From: Octopus vulgaris
Taxonomy: Eukaryota
Assembly: GCA_951406725.2 (NCBI GenBank)
Contig: OX597831.1
Coordinates: 47,306,001-47,370,000, forward strand
Direction of reading: 5' to 3'
Length of the DNA: 64,000 nt
The translations under genes and the position numbers were made by a program. Within the stretch, counting starts at the first letter, position 1. Every line of letters starts with the position of its first letter. The notes under the pieces are model-generated. The model saw only the letters and a list, made by a program, of their open reading frames with translations, was not told the DNA's origin and made no database searches. Of this stretch, positions 1 through 12,356 are shown piece by piece.

Positions 1-496
1 AAACTGATTTTGCAGGCTTCCATGCTTGACATCTAAAGCTTTTCACGTGACATACACCATTCCTGAGGTAATTAGAAGTCAAAAGGCTGAATTAGTTCAA
101 TCAAGGAATATGACTTTCCAAACCCTTGACCAAAACAGCTTAGACCACATGGAAAATTGGCTAAGAGGTGAATCTCCCATCTCTATGAAGATATAGAGCT
201 ATCTCTCTCAACAAACAACAAGCAGAGCAGAACATCTGGCTGCTGAGTGTTGTAAGAGAGTGCAAAGACACCAAGAGGACAAGTAACTGAAGTATGACAG
301 TAAATCCAGACACAGTCATTGGTATGGGATTGCATTCTTGCAAAAGACATATTACAGACTTAGTTTTGATACAGTGTACCTGGAGAAAACTCAACCTGGC
401 AGAATTCATCCCTCTCTCCAAGTTGTACCCACGAGGAAAATTAAGCACAGCCCTGGAAACAAATGAATATTGTTGTCGATTTACAGTGCTGCTTAA

Positions 497-675
497 GGTG
501 ATGAGTGAGCTGGCAGAATTGTTAGGATGCTTTATTTTCTGAGTTCGAATTCTGACAAGGTCGATTCTGTCTTTCTTCCTTGATAAAATAAGTACCAGCT
601 AAGTACTGGGATCGATGTAATCAACTTTCCCACTACCCCCAAACTTGCTGGCCTTGTACCAAAATTTGAAAGCAT
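497..675 (+). mobile_element. SINE family B (~185 bp; GAGCTGGCAGAATCGTTAGC..GAGTTCAAAT..GGGGTCGAT)
   Basis: Matches many other copies (6093-6295, 6315-6513, 18850-21420, 29715-29920, 59400-59600, 63115-63570); B-box-like GAGTTCAAAT. Confidence 0.8.
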
Positions 676-1483
676 TTTATAGTGCTGCTGCTACTTACAT
701 CAGTAAGTCATTTTATAGCATGGTGAACTGAGTTGTTTGTTGTAAGGGTTGTCTTGGATAAAAAACCAACAGATTTTCAATTTGGTGCTATGAGCCCTAT
801 TCTATTAACTCATCCTTCTCTCTAGTTAATCTGTAGGCTGTGAGGATTCTCTCCTCTCTACTTCAACAATTATGATGAAATCTATGGTTTTACTGAGGAG
901 GCCTAATAAGACCAAAATATGCTTGGAGTTGTCTCCCATACATACTAGATTAATTATAACAATATCAGTCTTTAAATAATACTGTCATTTCCTCACTGTA
1001 TGATTATTTCTAAATAGTTTTTTTAATGCTCACTGCATTAAAAATATTAATATTAACTTGATTATATGATATAGTTGGCATCAAGCATTCAACTCTTAAA
1101 AATTCTCCAATAGATTGTGCAACTGTTCAGTTTATAGACAGGTTTTCACCCTACTCCTTTGAAGTGTGATTATTTATAGAGAAATATGATTAATACATAT
1201 AATTTATAGAGTAAGTCTTTTCTATTTATTGCATACCAGCTGTATAAAGACTTTAGTCAACTAATCTTTGGTACGTGGCCACTAAATAATAAATCCCATT
1301 TTGAGAGATCTGAAGAACTTTTCTAAATGATTGAATTTGTTGACTGGAACTACCTATGCTATGCATTACATAGAAAAAGTGACATAAATGTCTCTAAATT
1401 GATGTTTGTGCTTTAACACATAAATCTATGTAATTAGAACATTTGTATGATGTTAAATATTTTTGTCTTTTTACTTCCCTCAG

Positions 1484-1697
1484 GGTAATTTTGGTGAAGT
1501 GTACAAGGGTAAATATAAACCAGAAGACAAGGTGGTAGCAGTAAAAACATGTCGAGATAGTTTAACCGAGGAACAACGAAAAACCTTCCTGCAAGAAGGA
1601 CGTATTCTAAAACAATACGATCATCCTAATATCGTAAAATTCATTGGCATTGCAGCCCAGAGAAAACCTGTCATGATTGTCATGGAGTATGTTGAAG
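1484..1697 (+). CDS. FER: FER/FES-family tyrosine kinase, kinase-domain exon A (upstream exons lie outside the window)
   Basis: Pyrimidine tract then cag|GGT; translates [48 protein letters not shown]; donor G|gtaagg; 214 bp, phase 0 to 1. Confidence 0.96.
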
Positions 1698-1744
1698 GTA
1701 AGGCACTTAGGATTATTATGAAAAAATTTTAAAGACAAAATATT

Positions 1745-2090
1745 GGCTGTATGATTAAGAAGCTTGCTTTGCAACCATGTGGTTTTGGGTTCAGTCCCAC
1801 TTCACAGCATCTTGAGCAAATGTCTTCTACTATCAGCCCGGGCTGTCACAATACTTTGTGAGTGACATTGGTTGATGGAAGCTATATGGAAGCCAGTCAT
1901 GTATGTGTGTCTGTGTTTGACAACTGCTGTTAGATCCATATCCTCATAACTTAGTGGTTTGGCAAAATGGACTCACAGAATAAGCACCGGACTTTAAAAA
2001 TTAGTACTGGGGGGTCAATCTGTTCAACTAAAACCCTTCAAGGCAATGCCCCAGCATGGCCACGGTCAAATGACTGAAACAAGTAAAGGA
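1745..2090 (+). mobile_element. tRNA-derived SINE family A (~400 bp with internal TA/TG microsatellite)
   Basis: TGGCTGTGTGG A-box-like and GGTTCAGTCCC B-box-like head; ends ATGACTGAAACAAGTAAAAG; other copies 6522-6915, 9780-10110, 33285-33880, 35500-35888, 37350-37750, 43884-44258. Confidence 0.85.
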
Positions 2091-2249
2091 AGACATATTT
2101 ATACAAATGTGTGTATTCATAATGCATATTAGTGTTACAAGAATGGAATCTTATTCTTCCAAGAACTGCATGTGCTTTGTGTGTGTGTGTGTGTGTGTGC
2201 ATGCATGTGTATCTCTTTTACTAAAGTATAATGACAACAGATCTTTACT

Positions 2250-2612
2250 TTTAACTTTTACTTGTTTCAGTCATTAGACTGTGGCCATGCCTTGAAGAAT
2301 TTCTAGTCGAATGAATTGACCCTAGTACTTTTTTAAAATCTAGTGCTTATTTCATTGATCTCTTTTGCTGAACTGCTAGTTTACAGGGACATAAATACGC
2401 CAACACTAGTTGTCAAGCAGTGGTGGGGTTATTGGTACAAATACACACACATATATGATGGGCTTCTTTTCAGTTTCCATCTACCAAATCCACTCACAAG
2501 GTTTTGGTTGACTTGAGGCTATAGTAGAAGGCACTTGCCCAAGGTGTCACACAGTGGGACTGACCCAGAATCATGTGGTTGAGAAGCGAGCTTCTTACCA
2601 CACAACCACACC
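2250..2612 (-). mobile_element. SINE family A, reverse orientation
   Basis: Reverse complement of the family A consensus (TTTTACTTGTTTCAGTCATT..CTTACCACACAACCAC). Confidence 0.85.
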
Positions 2613-2770
2613 TGATTAAAATATAAAAAAATAAGATTTAATATTTACACTTTAATTAATTTTACTGACTCCCTATCCAGTATGTCCACTTCCATTAGTG
2701 ACCATAACTATATTTTTACCTGACTGTCACTTTATCTAATAATTATTATTTTTGCTTTGTCTTTTGTCAG

Positions 2771-2894
2771 GTGGGTCGTTGTTGTTATTTTTGCGAAAAA
2801 ATGGACGACAACAAACACGAAATCAACTTGTATTAATGTGCGAGAATGCTTCTAGTGGAATGAATTACCTAGAGAGTAAAAACTGTATACACAG
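2771..2894 (+). CDS. FER: FER kinase exon B
   Basis: ttttgtcag| acceptor; [29 protein letters not shown](R); donor AG|gtattg; 124 bp, phase 1 to 2. Confidence 0.95.
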
Positions 2895-3240
2895 GTATTG
2901 CTATCTTTCAGTTTTACAATTTTTCTATTTTATCAACAAAATGAATCTGAGTTTAACACTATCCAACCATTCAGCCATTCAAAACAAATATAAAGTACAT
3001 TAATGTCACCTCATGGTGAATGCATGCATACATGGCCTAGTAGTTGGCGTGTTGCACTCACTATCATAAAATTGTAGTTTCGATTCCTGTACTGGGCACT
3101 GTATTGTGTTCTTGAGCAGAATTCTTCATTTCACATTGCTCTGTTCATTCAACTGTAAATCAGTTCCACTAATAGCTAAATGGTTGTTGCTGTGACAAGT
3201 CAGCATCCCATTCAAGGAGCAGTGTTGTAATCTTAGTCAT

Positions 3241-4199
3241 TTAAACTTTTAGATACCAACCCGCCTGAAACTTCCCTTCGTCCTATGATACAAACTTCCC
3301 ATTTTTAAATAATATAAATTAAAATTTCCATTGAAATTTCATGTTAATTTCTGTTCCAAACCCCAGCTGAATAATGTCAGAGTTATTTTAATAATTTTTT
3401 TATTATTTTCAAAAGGCAGTGTATTTCAAAATTATTTTTAAAAGGCAGTGGATTTTCAAAATTATTTTCAAAAGGCAGTATATTTTCAAAATTATTTTCA
3501 AAAGGCAGTGTATTTCAAAATTATTTTTAAAAGGCAGTGTATTTCAAAATTATTTTCAAAAGGCAGTGTATTTCAAAATTATTTTCAAAAGGCAGTGTAT
3601 TTCAAAATTATTTTTAAAAGGCAGTGTATTTCAAAATTATTTTCAAAAGGCAGTGTATTTCAAAATTATTTTCAAAAGGCAGTGTATTTCAAAATTATTT
3701 TCAAAAGGCAGTGTATTTCAAAATTATTTTCAAAAGGCAGTGTATTTCAAAATTATTTTCAAAAGGCAGTGTATTTCAGAATTATTTTCAAAAGGCAGTG
3801 TATTTCAAAATTATTTTCAAAAGGCAGTGTATTTCAAAATTATTTTCAAAAGGCAGTGTATTTCAAAATTATTTTCAAAAGGCAGTGTATTTCAAAATTA
3901 TTTTCAAAAGGCAGTGTATTTCAGAATTATTTTCAAAAGGCAGTGTATTTCAAAATTATTTTCAAAAGGCAGTGTATTTCAGAATTATTTTCAAAAGGCA
4001 GTGTATTTCAAAATTATTTTCAAAAGGCAGTGTATTTCAAAATTATTTTCAAAAGGCAGTGTATTTCAAAATTATTTTCAAAAGGCAGTGTATTTCAAAA
4101 TTATTTTCAAAAGGCAGTGTATTTCAAAATTATTTTCAAAAGGCAGTGTATTTTCAAAAGGCAGTGTATTTCAACAGAAATATGGTAAAGAAAGGTTAA
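3241..4199. mobile_element. TTAA-flanked piggyBac-type MITE hosting a tandem array
   Basis: TTAA at 3241-3244 and 4196-4199; arms match the uninterrupted ~230-bp relatives at 5825-6056 and 47438-47673. Confidence 0.75.
3402..4172. repeat. 29-bp minisatellite, about 26 copies (ATTATTTTCAAAAGGCAGTGTATTTCAAA)
   Basis: Period 29 read directly (e.g. 3541 and 3570); near-identical units with no spacers. Confidence 0.97.
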
Positions 4200-4882
4200 A
4201 CACCATACTAGATTAAATTACAGCCCTGAGTCCTCGAGTTCATGAAAAAAGAAAAAAATGCTGCTTCATGGGAGGCTCTCTGAAAGATATAGATTGGAGT
4301 TTCTTTTGTGTACAATGTATTAAAACTTGATTTTTAGTCTCAGAAAATCTGTTGTTTTCACATTCAAGTCATTTCTTGATTTTATCCGACAAATGGGATT
4401 TTCTTCCCATTACTGCCCTATAATCTCATTTGTTGCTAAACAAATTTGCCATGTAAGTTGTGGATCCTATCTCTCTGTGCAGCCCCTTAGATAAGTGTCT
4501 TGTACCCTTTAGTCAAATAAAGCCTCCCGAGTGAAATTTAGTTGACAGAAACTGTGGAAATCTGTCATAGGGGATTATTCTTGTGCTTATGTTGTTGAGT
4601 TAATCTTTTGTCTGGCATAGTAAAAATTAATTTTATTATATTTTTGAAAGAGTCATTATTAAAACTTATAAACATAGTCCATGCCCCCCACCTCAACTAC
4701 TTTTTTTGTTTTTGCCTCACCATCCTTATGGCTTTTTTTCAATGGATATAGAATTTCAAATGATGTATATTTTTTAAAATCCAAATATTTTGAAAATTTG
4801 TATTCATTGAAAAGGCAGAGATGGTATGGAGAAAGGTAAAAAAAACATTGAATATAGACAAACAACAGCTGTGATCATAAAC

Positions 4883-5312
4883 TTAACCCTTTAGTATTCA
4901 GATTATTCTGTGAAATGTAATGCATATTTATTCACTATGTTTTGGATTAATCATGCATTATCTGATAGCTTTGCGATTTTGATGATGTGATTGCATATTT
5001 CTAGAGTGACATTCTAAGTAGCTGTGAAAGGCTGAATCTGACCAGTTTAACCCTTTCGTTACCAACCTGGCTGAAACCGGCTCTGGCTCTGAGTACAAAT
5101 GTCTTGTTTTCATAAGTTTTGAATTAAAATCTTCCACCAAACCTTAGTCACAATTTATGTTCCTAACACTAGCTGAATGATAACTAAGTTATTTTACTAA
5201 ATTCTTTGTTATATTGAAAGTAATTGAAAGAAACACAGAGCATCTCAAAATATATACAGTAACGAAAGAGTTAAACATAAAACAGGAAAATATTTTGGCT
5301 GGATAGAGTTAA
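4883..5312. mobile_element. TTAA MITE family 2 with a nested family 1 MITE (5047-5274)
   Basis: Inner element TTAACCCTTTCGTTAC..GTAACGAAAGAGTTAA; host is the reverse complement of copies at 12815-13312 and 62129-62468. Confidence 0.85.
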
Positions 5313-5522
5313 ATAATATAATTTTTACAAAATATGACAATATTGGATTCAATACATAGTTTCTGATAAAAATTCTTATGAAACAAAGAAATTCAGTGTT
5401 AAATTCCTTATTATTTTGAAAAGTAATTAAGAAGATATAACTGGTCATGAAAGGATTAAATTGTATCTTAATGTATTATTATGTTTTACATAAACCAACC
5501 GAGTTTGAGAGATTCTTGCTAA

Positions 5523-5696
<174 letters not shown>

Positions 5697-7444
5697 TAAT
5701 AATTTTCTTTTCTTTATTTTCTCATTAAAGTTTATATTAGATCTTACTTGATCTACCAAGTGTTGTGTCCACCTTTAAGTATAGCTTACAATCACCTGAA
5801 ATATATATGATATAATTGCACATTTTAACCTTTTGATACCAACCTTCCTGCATATACACCTGATTCTATGGATACCAACTTCCAGTTTGAAAGTGATCTA
5901 AATTAAAGCCTTCCATCAAAATTTCATGTTAATTTTATGTTTTAACAACCAGTTTAATGGTGACAAGGTTATTCTACTAAATCCTTCATTATTTTCAAAA
6001 TAGATTGAAACAAAAGACTGTGTAAATCAACAGAAATAAGGTGAGGAAAGGGCTAAGCTCAGTTTAAGGTGAAAAAACCTATTAATTTGTCTTAAGGCAA
6101 TCAGCTGGCAAAATTGTTAGCACACGAGTTAAAATGCTTAGCAGCATTTCTTCTGTCTTTACATTCTGAGTTCAAATTTTGCCGAGGTTCACTCAGGGTC
6201 GATACAATAAGTACCATTTGAATATTGGGGTTGATGTAATCAACTTAGCCCACCTTCGTTGAAATTTCTGGCCTTGTGCCAAAATTTGAAAGCAGTTTAT
6301 ATATATTATCATAGGGTAAGAAGCTGGCATAATCGATAGCAATGCTGAGTAAAGTTTTTGTCTTTACATTCCGAGTTCATATTCCACTGAGGTCCACTTT
6401 GCCTTTCATCCTTTCAGGGTTGATAAAATAAGTACTAATTGAACACTGGCGTCAATGTAATTGATTTATCCCCTCCCCTGGAATTGCTGGTTGAGTGCCA
6501 AAATTTGAAATCAGTTAGAAATGAGTGACTGTGTGGTAAGTAGCTTGCTTACCAACCACATGATTCCGGGTTCAGTCCCACTGCATGGCATCTTGGGCAA
6601 GTGTCTTCTACTATAGCCTCAGGCCAACCAAAGCCTTGTGAGTAGATTTGGTAGACGGAAACTGAAAGAAGCCCATCATATATTTGTATATATATGTATG
6701 TGTGTATATGTTTGTGTCTGTGTTTATCTCCCCAACATCGTTTTGACAACTGATGCTGGTGTGTTTACATCCCCGTAACTTAACAGTTCGGCAAAAGAGA
6801 CTGATAGAATAAGTACTGGGCATACAAAGAATAAGTGCTGGGGTTGATTTGCTCAACTAAAGGCAGTACTCCAGCATGGCCGCAGTCAAATGACTGAAAC
6901 AAGTAAAAGAGAGAGTTACGTTGACTTTCTCATTTTAGTATATTTCATGCCTGACATAATCAACCTGTTTTTATGGAAAGACAAGCCTTATTTGATGCTG
7001 TAAAAATTATATTTATATCTTCTGTATGCCACTACTTCTGAATTTTTTTATGACTGATGAGACTAAATTTGTAATGGACTCAAGTCTTTTACCTGTCACT
7101 ATGCTACCTGTAAAAATATTTGTTTATCATGCACATACTTTCTTTTAATAGTAGACTGTTATATAGTTAAAGTCTTGTTAGTTACTATGGTAACAAGTCT
7201 ACCTCATCTATATATCTTTCACTCTCTCTGTCTTTCTCTCCCAGCAACAACTTGTTCTTTCTTTTTTTTTTTTCTTGAAACAAAGTTTAATTCTATCTTT
7301 CACGCACATATAGACACACACTAACACACACAGTCTCTCTCTTTCTTTCACTGAATTTCTCAACAACAACAACAACCTGTCATTATAGTGAAAGTTTTCT
7401 TTTAAAGTATGCATTGCATTGTCTCTATGTTGAAAGACATACAG

Positions 7445-7478
<34 letters not shown>

Positions 7479-7999
7479 CCAAAAGAATATCTATCTATAT
7501 TGTTATACAGTGAAAGTCTTTTTTTCCTTTTTCTGAAGCTGTGTTGCATTGTGTTGTCTCTATGTATGTAAATGAAAATAAGGTCTATCAATATTTTGAT
7601 AACTAAACACAGAATGCTTTTAATTGAGGTAGAAGTGACATCTGTTTACACACACTTATATAAACACGTGCAGGCATTACTGTGTGGTCAAGAATTTTTT
7701 CTTGGATTTAGCCCCACTGTGTAGCAACTTGTTTGGACAAGTCTCTTCTACTATAGCTTATCAAAATCCTGTGGAATGGATTCGGTCATCAGAAATTGAA
7801 AGAAGCCCATTGTGTGTGTGTGTGTGTGTGTACTGACATCTTGTGCTAACTGTAAACAAATGTCATTCCTCTGTATGAAAACTGGAGATTAAAATGATGA
7901 TAATGATATATATAATATAATATAATATAATATAATATAATATAATATAATATGATATAATATATATGTATATACATATATATATATATATATATATAC

Positions 8000-8180
8000 A
8001 GTAAATCCAAAAAAAGAAGATGAACAAACAAAAAAACAACAATGCAAGGATGTGGTACATGTGAAATATTAGCAGACGCTCAGGGAAGGAAAGAAAGATG
8101 GTTTAATATTTTGAGCAGATGCTCTTCTTCAAACAGAGGAAAGCCTAGTAAAAAGGAAGAAGATTGCCAACGATTCATAT
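8000..8180 (-). mobile_element. Decayed hammerhead-bearing short element (pLTR-like)
   Basis: Reverse complement aligns end to end with 38482-38690; core decayed to TTGAAGAAGAGC-atct-GCTC-AAAATATT; lies between (TA)n tracts. Confidence 0.65.
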
Positions 8181-8217
8181 GTGGTTACATTTTGAAAATC
8201 ATATATCTATGTATATG

Positions 8218-8260
<43 letters not shown>

Positions 8261-8891
8261 GAGAATAGATATTTATATTCAGTTTTATTCAGCAACCAAC
8301 TACTTCTTTTCCTTTCTGCACCTACGCCTGTTTCTGCAGTAATTAACTAATGCGCACTGCAAAATTTGTATCTTTGTGTGCACTTATTGTTAGTTGCCAC
8401 TTCTTCAGGGTGGAATCAACCACATTGTTCAAATAGAATCTAAATTAAATACAAGTCCAGCCAAAATACATGTGGTGCTGTCATTGTTCCAAAAAATAGC
8501 CTAGATCATGTCCTTTTCAACTCTGCTAGTTGTCCAAGGAATTTTAGTATTCTGCTGATGTAGACCATCCTTAAATGGTGAGTAGTAGTATTAATGCTTA
8601 GTATCAGGTTACCTTAAGTATGTTTTTTACTGTTATTATCATCCCTCACCTTAGTATTCCTGCCTCAGCCATTCTTATTATTATTGTTGATATTGTTAGT
8701 AATGAGCTATAAGTCTATTATTTAATTTGGTAATTTCATAATTAAATTAAATTTATTTAAATTTAAGGATATCATTAATTTAATTCCCAAACTGTTATAT
8801 AATCCCTGGAATAAGGTTGATTTATCTAGGAGTTTAATTCAATTACCCTCTCAATTTGCTATTGTTTACTTGATTTCAGTTCTATAATGAG

Positions 8892-9197
8892 AGCGTTCAC
8901 TGCTTCCATAGCTGAATGGAAGAAACCCTGAAGTATCAGGACCTGACAGTGAACTATCTCTTCCAACCTGTGGCATTTGAGACGTTCGGAGGGACTGGGC
9001 CACTAATCGCAAAGTTCTTGTCAATGTTCACAGCTCGCTTTACCGAGGTGTCAAGTGATGCCCGTGAGGGAGCTTGGCTTTCCCAATGCCTTAGCCTCGC
9101 CATCGCCTGTGGTAATGCTGTGGGCATGCTGGCTTGCTTCAGTAGGTTCTGTTAAAACTTGTGGTGTGCAACCAGTTACTGTGATAAAAAAAAAAAA
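8892..9197 (+). mobile_element. 5'-truncated CRE-like (restriction-like endonuclease) non-LTR retrotransposon 3' end
   Basis: ORF ..KYQDL..YLFQPVAFETFGGTGP..FL..SDAREGAWLSQCLSLAIACGNA resembles the CRE-clade RLE C-terminus; short UTR then A12 (9186-9197). Confidence 0.7.
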
Positions 9198-9387
9198 TTC
9201 CCCACAAATGGCTTCAATAGAGTTTTAGCAGAATGATTTGGAAGAATTAGATGAAACTTTTCCAGTTATTTTCTTGCATGTAAATTGCAATGTTATTATC
9301 AGTCCGAATGGGCATAAAGCATATTCGAACTGATAATAACATTGCAATCTTACAATTACTGTTTTGTTTTAATATTATATATTATGC

Positions 9388-9712
9388 AAAGGCACGTAGC
9401 CTAGTGGTTAGGGCATTTGGCTTACATTCGTAAGGTCATGAGTTCAATTTCTGGTGACACGTTGTGTCCATGAGCAAGACACTTTATTTCACGTTGCCCC
9501 AGTCCACTCAGCTGACAAAAATTAGTAGTACCTGTATTTCGAAGGGCCAGTCTTGTCACACTCTGTGTCATGCTGAATCTCCCTGAGAACTATGTTAAGG
9601 GTACACGTATTCATGGAGTGCTCAGCCATTTGCATGTTAATTTCACGAGCAAGCTGTTCCATTGATCATATCAGCTGGGACCCTCTTTGTCATAACTGAT
9701 GGAGTGCTCCTG
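9388..9712 (+). mobile_element. tRNA-derived SINE family E
   Basis: TAGCCTAGTGG and GAGTTCAATT boxes; second copy at 33928-34250. Confidence 0.8.
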
Positions 9713-10241
9713 TTTTACCTAATATGCTATTATTCAAATGTATGAAACGTATATTTAGCTTGGTGAATACAATGTAATGCATAGCACCTTGGGCAAATGT
9801 CTTCTTCTATAGCCTCAGGTTGGATTTCGTTGACAGAAACTGAGAGAAGCCTGTCGTATATATTATATATATTATATATATGTGTGTGTGTGTGTGTGTG
9901 TTTTGGTGTCTGTGTTTGTCCCCCACCACTGCTTGACAACCGGTGTTGGTGTGTTTACATCCCAGTAACTTAGTGGTTCAGCAATAGAGGTTGATCGAAT
10001 AAGTACTAGGCTTTCGAAAAAAAAGTCCTGGGGGTCGATTTGTTTGACTAAAACCCTTCAAGCTGGTGCCCCAGCATGGCCGCAATCAAATAACTGAAGC
10101 AAATGAAAGAGAGAAAACAAATATATTATTCTTATATATACATATGAATGGATAGATAAGATGCATATGTATGGATATACGCATACACATACACCTTTTA
10201 AGAAAATTATCTTCATTGTTTTATTATTTGTTATATTTCAG

Positions 10242-10364
10242 GAAAATATACATCACTGTGTGATGTATGGAGTTTTGGCATTCTTATGTGGGAGGTTTTC
10301 TCTTCCGGGCTTACACCTTATCAAGGTATGAGCAATGCACAAGCGAAGGAACGAATAGATGCAG
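10242..10364 (+). CDS. FER: FER kinase exon D
   Basis: atatttcag|; (G)[40 protein letters not shown](G); donor G|gtaaat; 123 bp, phase 1 to 1. Confidence 0.96.
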
Positions 10365-10415
10365 GTAAATATGACAGCTATCGTTTGCCTTGTTTTAAAT
10401 TACGATCATGAAAAA

Positions 10416-10780
10416 TCTCTATATATATAAACGGCAAAATGTCTGCGTGTGTGTCCTTTATACAAATCCACAACTTTTCAGTGAGAGGGCTTGCACTTTC
10501 TATGGTCATTCAAAACCGTCCAAGGGTGGTCATGCACATCTTTGCATTTCCCCAGTCATCCTGCAAAGCCATTAAAAAAATCAATAGAAGTGACTTTTTT
10601 GTGAATTTTCTATCCAAAACCCAATCAAAATGCCCGAAACTTGATACGCCAATTGAATGCCAGCTAGCTGTATGTGATTGGTCGGAGATTTGGACAGTAC
10701 TCGTGTGTATGTGCGCACGCACGCAGCTGCATATGCATGCACTAACACTATGACCCGGCAACGCCGGGTCATAGTGCTAG
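10416..10780 (+). mobile_element. Non-autonomous Helitron
   Basis: A|TC 5' end, perfect 14-bp stem-loop (10746-10776) directly before CTAG|T; no target duplication. Confidence 0.88.
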
Positions 10781-12356
10781 TATGAAATAAAACGTTTGTT
10801 TTGAGATTCACAGTTGAGTAGCAACCTTAGCAGAGAGAGAGAGAGAGAGAGAGAGCTACAAAGCATTGATGTTTATGAGTAATTTCTAATGTCTTTGCCT
10901 TTTGTTAAATTTATACCTGCGTACCATGAAGTTATGGTGTTAAGTTGGGTGTCATTTTTGCCTACAAGTGAATGTACATAAACCGTCCAATAAAGAAAAA
11001 TTAAATTTTACAGAATTTTCTCCCCTTGGTAAAAATAAGCGTGTGAGATTTTGACGTGCTCTTTCTTGTTCATGTAATTTTGAATGCAACCTTTTACACA
11101 TGAAACTGGATGTAAGCAAATATATTCTTAGAAGATAAGCATATATAATGCATTCATTAGGGATATTGCATGTCTATAGCAAGCAGATCACAAATGGAAA
11201 TTTTTGGTCTGCCGACCTATTTGTAGTCCTGGGCTGAACAAAAACTTATATCACCCAAAGCCTTGTGAATAAATTTGGTAGAGGGAAACTGAAAGCAGCC
11301 TATCACATATACCTGTCAAATATGTGTATGCATGTTTGTCTTCATGATAGTTGTAAATGAGTGTCACTGTCATATAAGCAGTGTCATTCATTTCTAATCT
11401 TCAGTGAAAACATGCTTGGCCAGGGGGAAAATATTACCTTACTTGGAAACAAGTGAAGGTTGGTGACAGGAATGGCATCCAGCCATAGAAAATCTGGTTT
11501 CACAAATTCTGTCTGACCCATGGAAACGTGGAAAAATGGATGTTAAATATGACACTGGCAATTTACATATATTTCATGTGCAACACATGCAAATTGCATA
11601 TTTTTGTCTTTGTCATATTGTTTAGTATAAAATAATTGAGTGTATGCATTTATGCCCAATTTTACATAACCCATTAAAATTTGATTAAAATCCCTAAATA
11701 GATAAATTTAAGTCACACGGTCCTTGGTGACTGTGTATCCTAAAATGACATCCAACATGGTTTAACACAACTTCACTCATTCACTTCACTGTGAAAAGTC
11801 TTTAGGATGAAGTTTTATTTTCTATGAGCAACCACTTCTGTGAATGTGTGTGTGCAAGATCTCTTGGTCAAGCTATTACACAAGACATGCCCTCTGTCCT
11901 TTGCATCATGAAGTGCATAATGTGCACTTGGCATTCTCTTTAAAGAATGTTGAGTATATAAGGCAGAAATCACAACAGATTAATATTTTCCTGTTAAAAA
12001 CGATATCTTCAGTTCTATTACATAAGATGAGTAGTGTTTGATATCAGAATATTTGTCAGCCTCCATCATGATGCTAGTTACTAAAAATTTGTTAAGACTC
12101 TTATATATAATTGACTTCTAGTGTTTGTGTATTGAATTTTCTTCAAGTGATGTAGCCTTTCAGATTTTTTCCTTAGCATAATATACATTGATGTTGTTTC
12201 GCAAAGTAGTTTGGATTTGTTTAAATAAGGAACAGATTGAGACTCTAATTCTGAACATTCATTGTGTGGAATTGGTTGTGGAGAATCCTACATAAACTAA
12301 TTATGTTGATTAGACTTATAAGTCATCACTGCAAATAAGGGAAACATTCATCAATA

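Noticed and set aside
1-470. ORFs 161-448 and 294-542 as possible FER SH2 exons
   Set aside because: No SH2 or F-BAR motifs and no convincing splice sites; possibly a decayed LINE fragment but not assignable.
3419-4216. Three long ORFs (265, 246, 191 aa) and a CRISPR-like look
   Set aside because: Product of a stop-free 29-bp tandem repeat in an intron; no spacers and no cas genes.
7054-7090. CTGATGA-GACT..AGTC possible hammerhead
   Set aside because: No GAAA box after the stem and no stem I.
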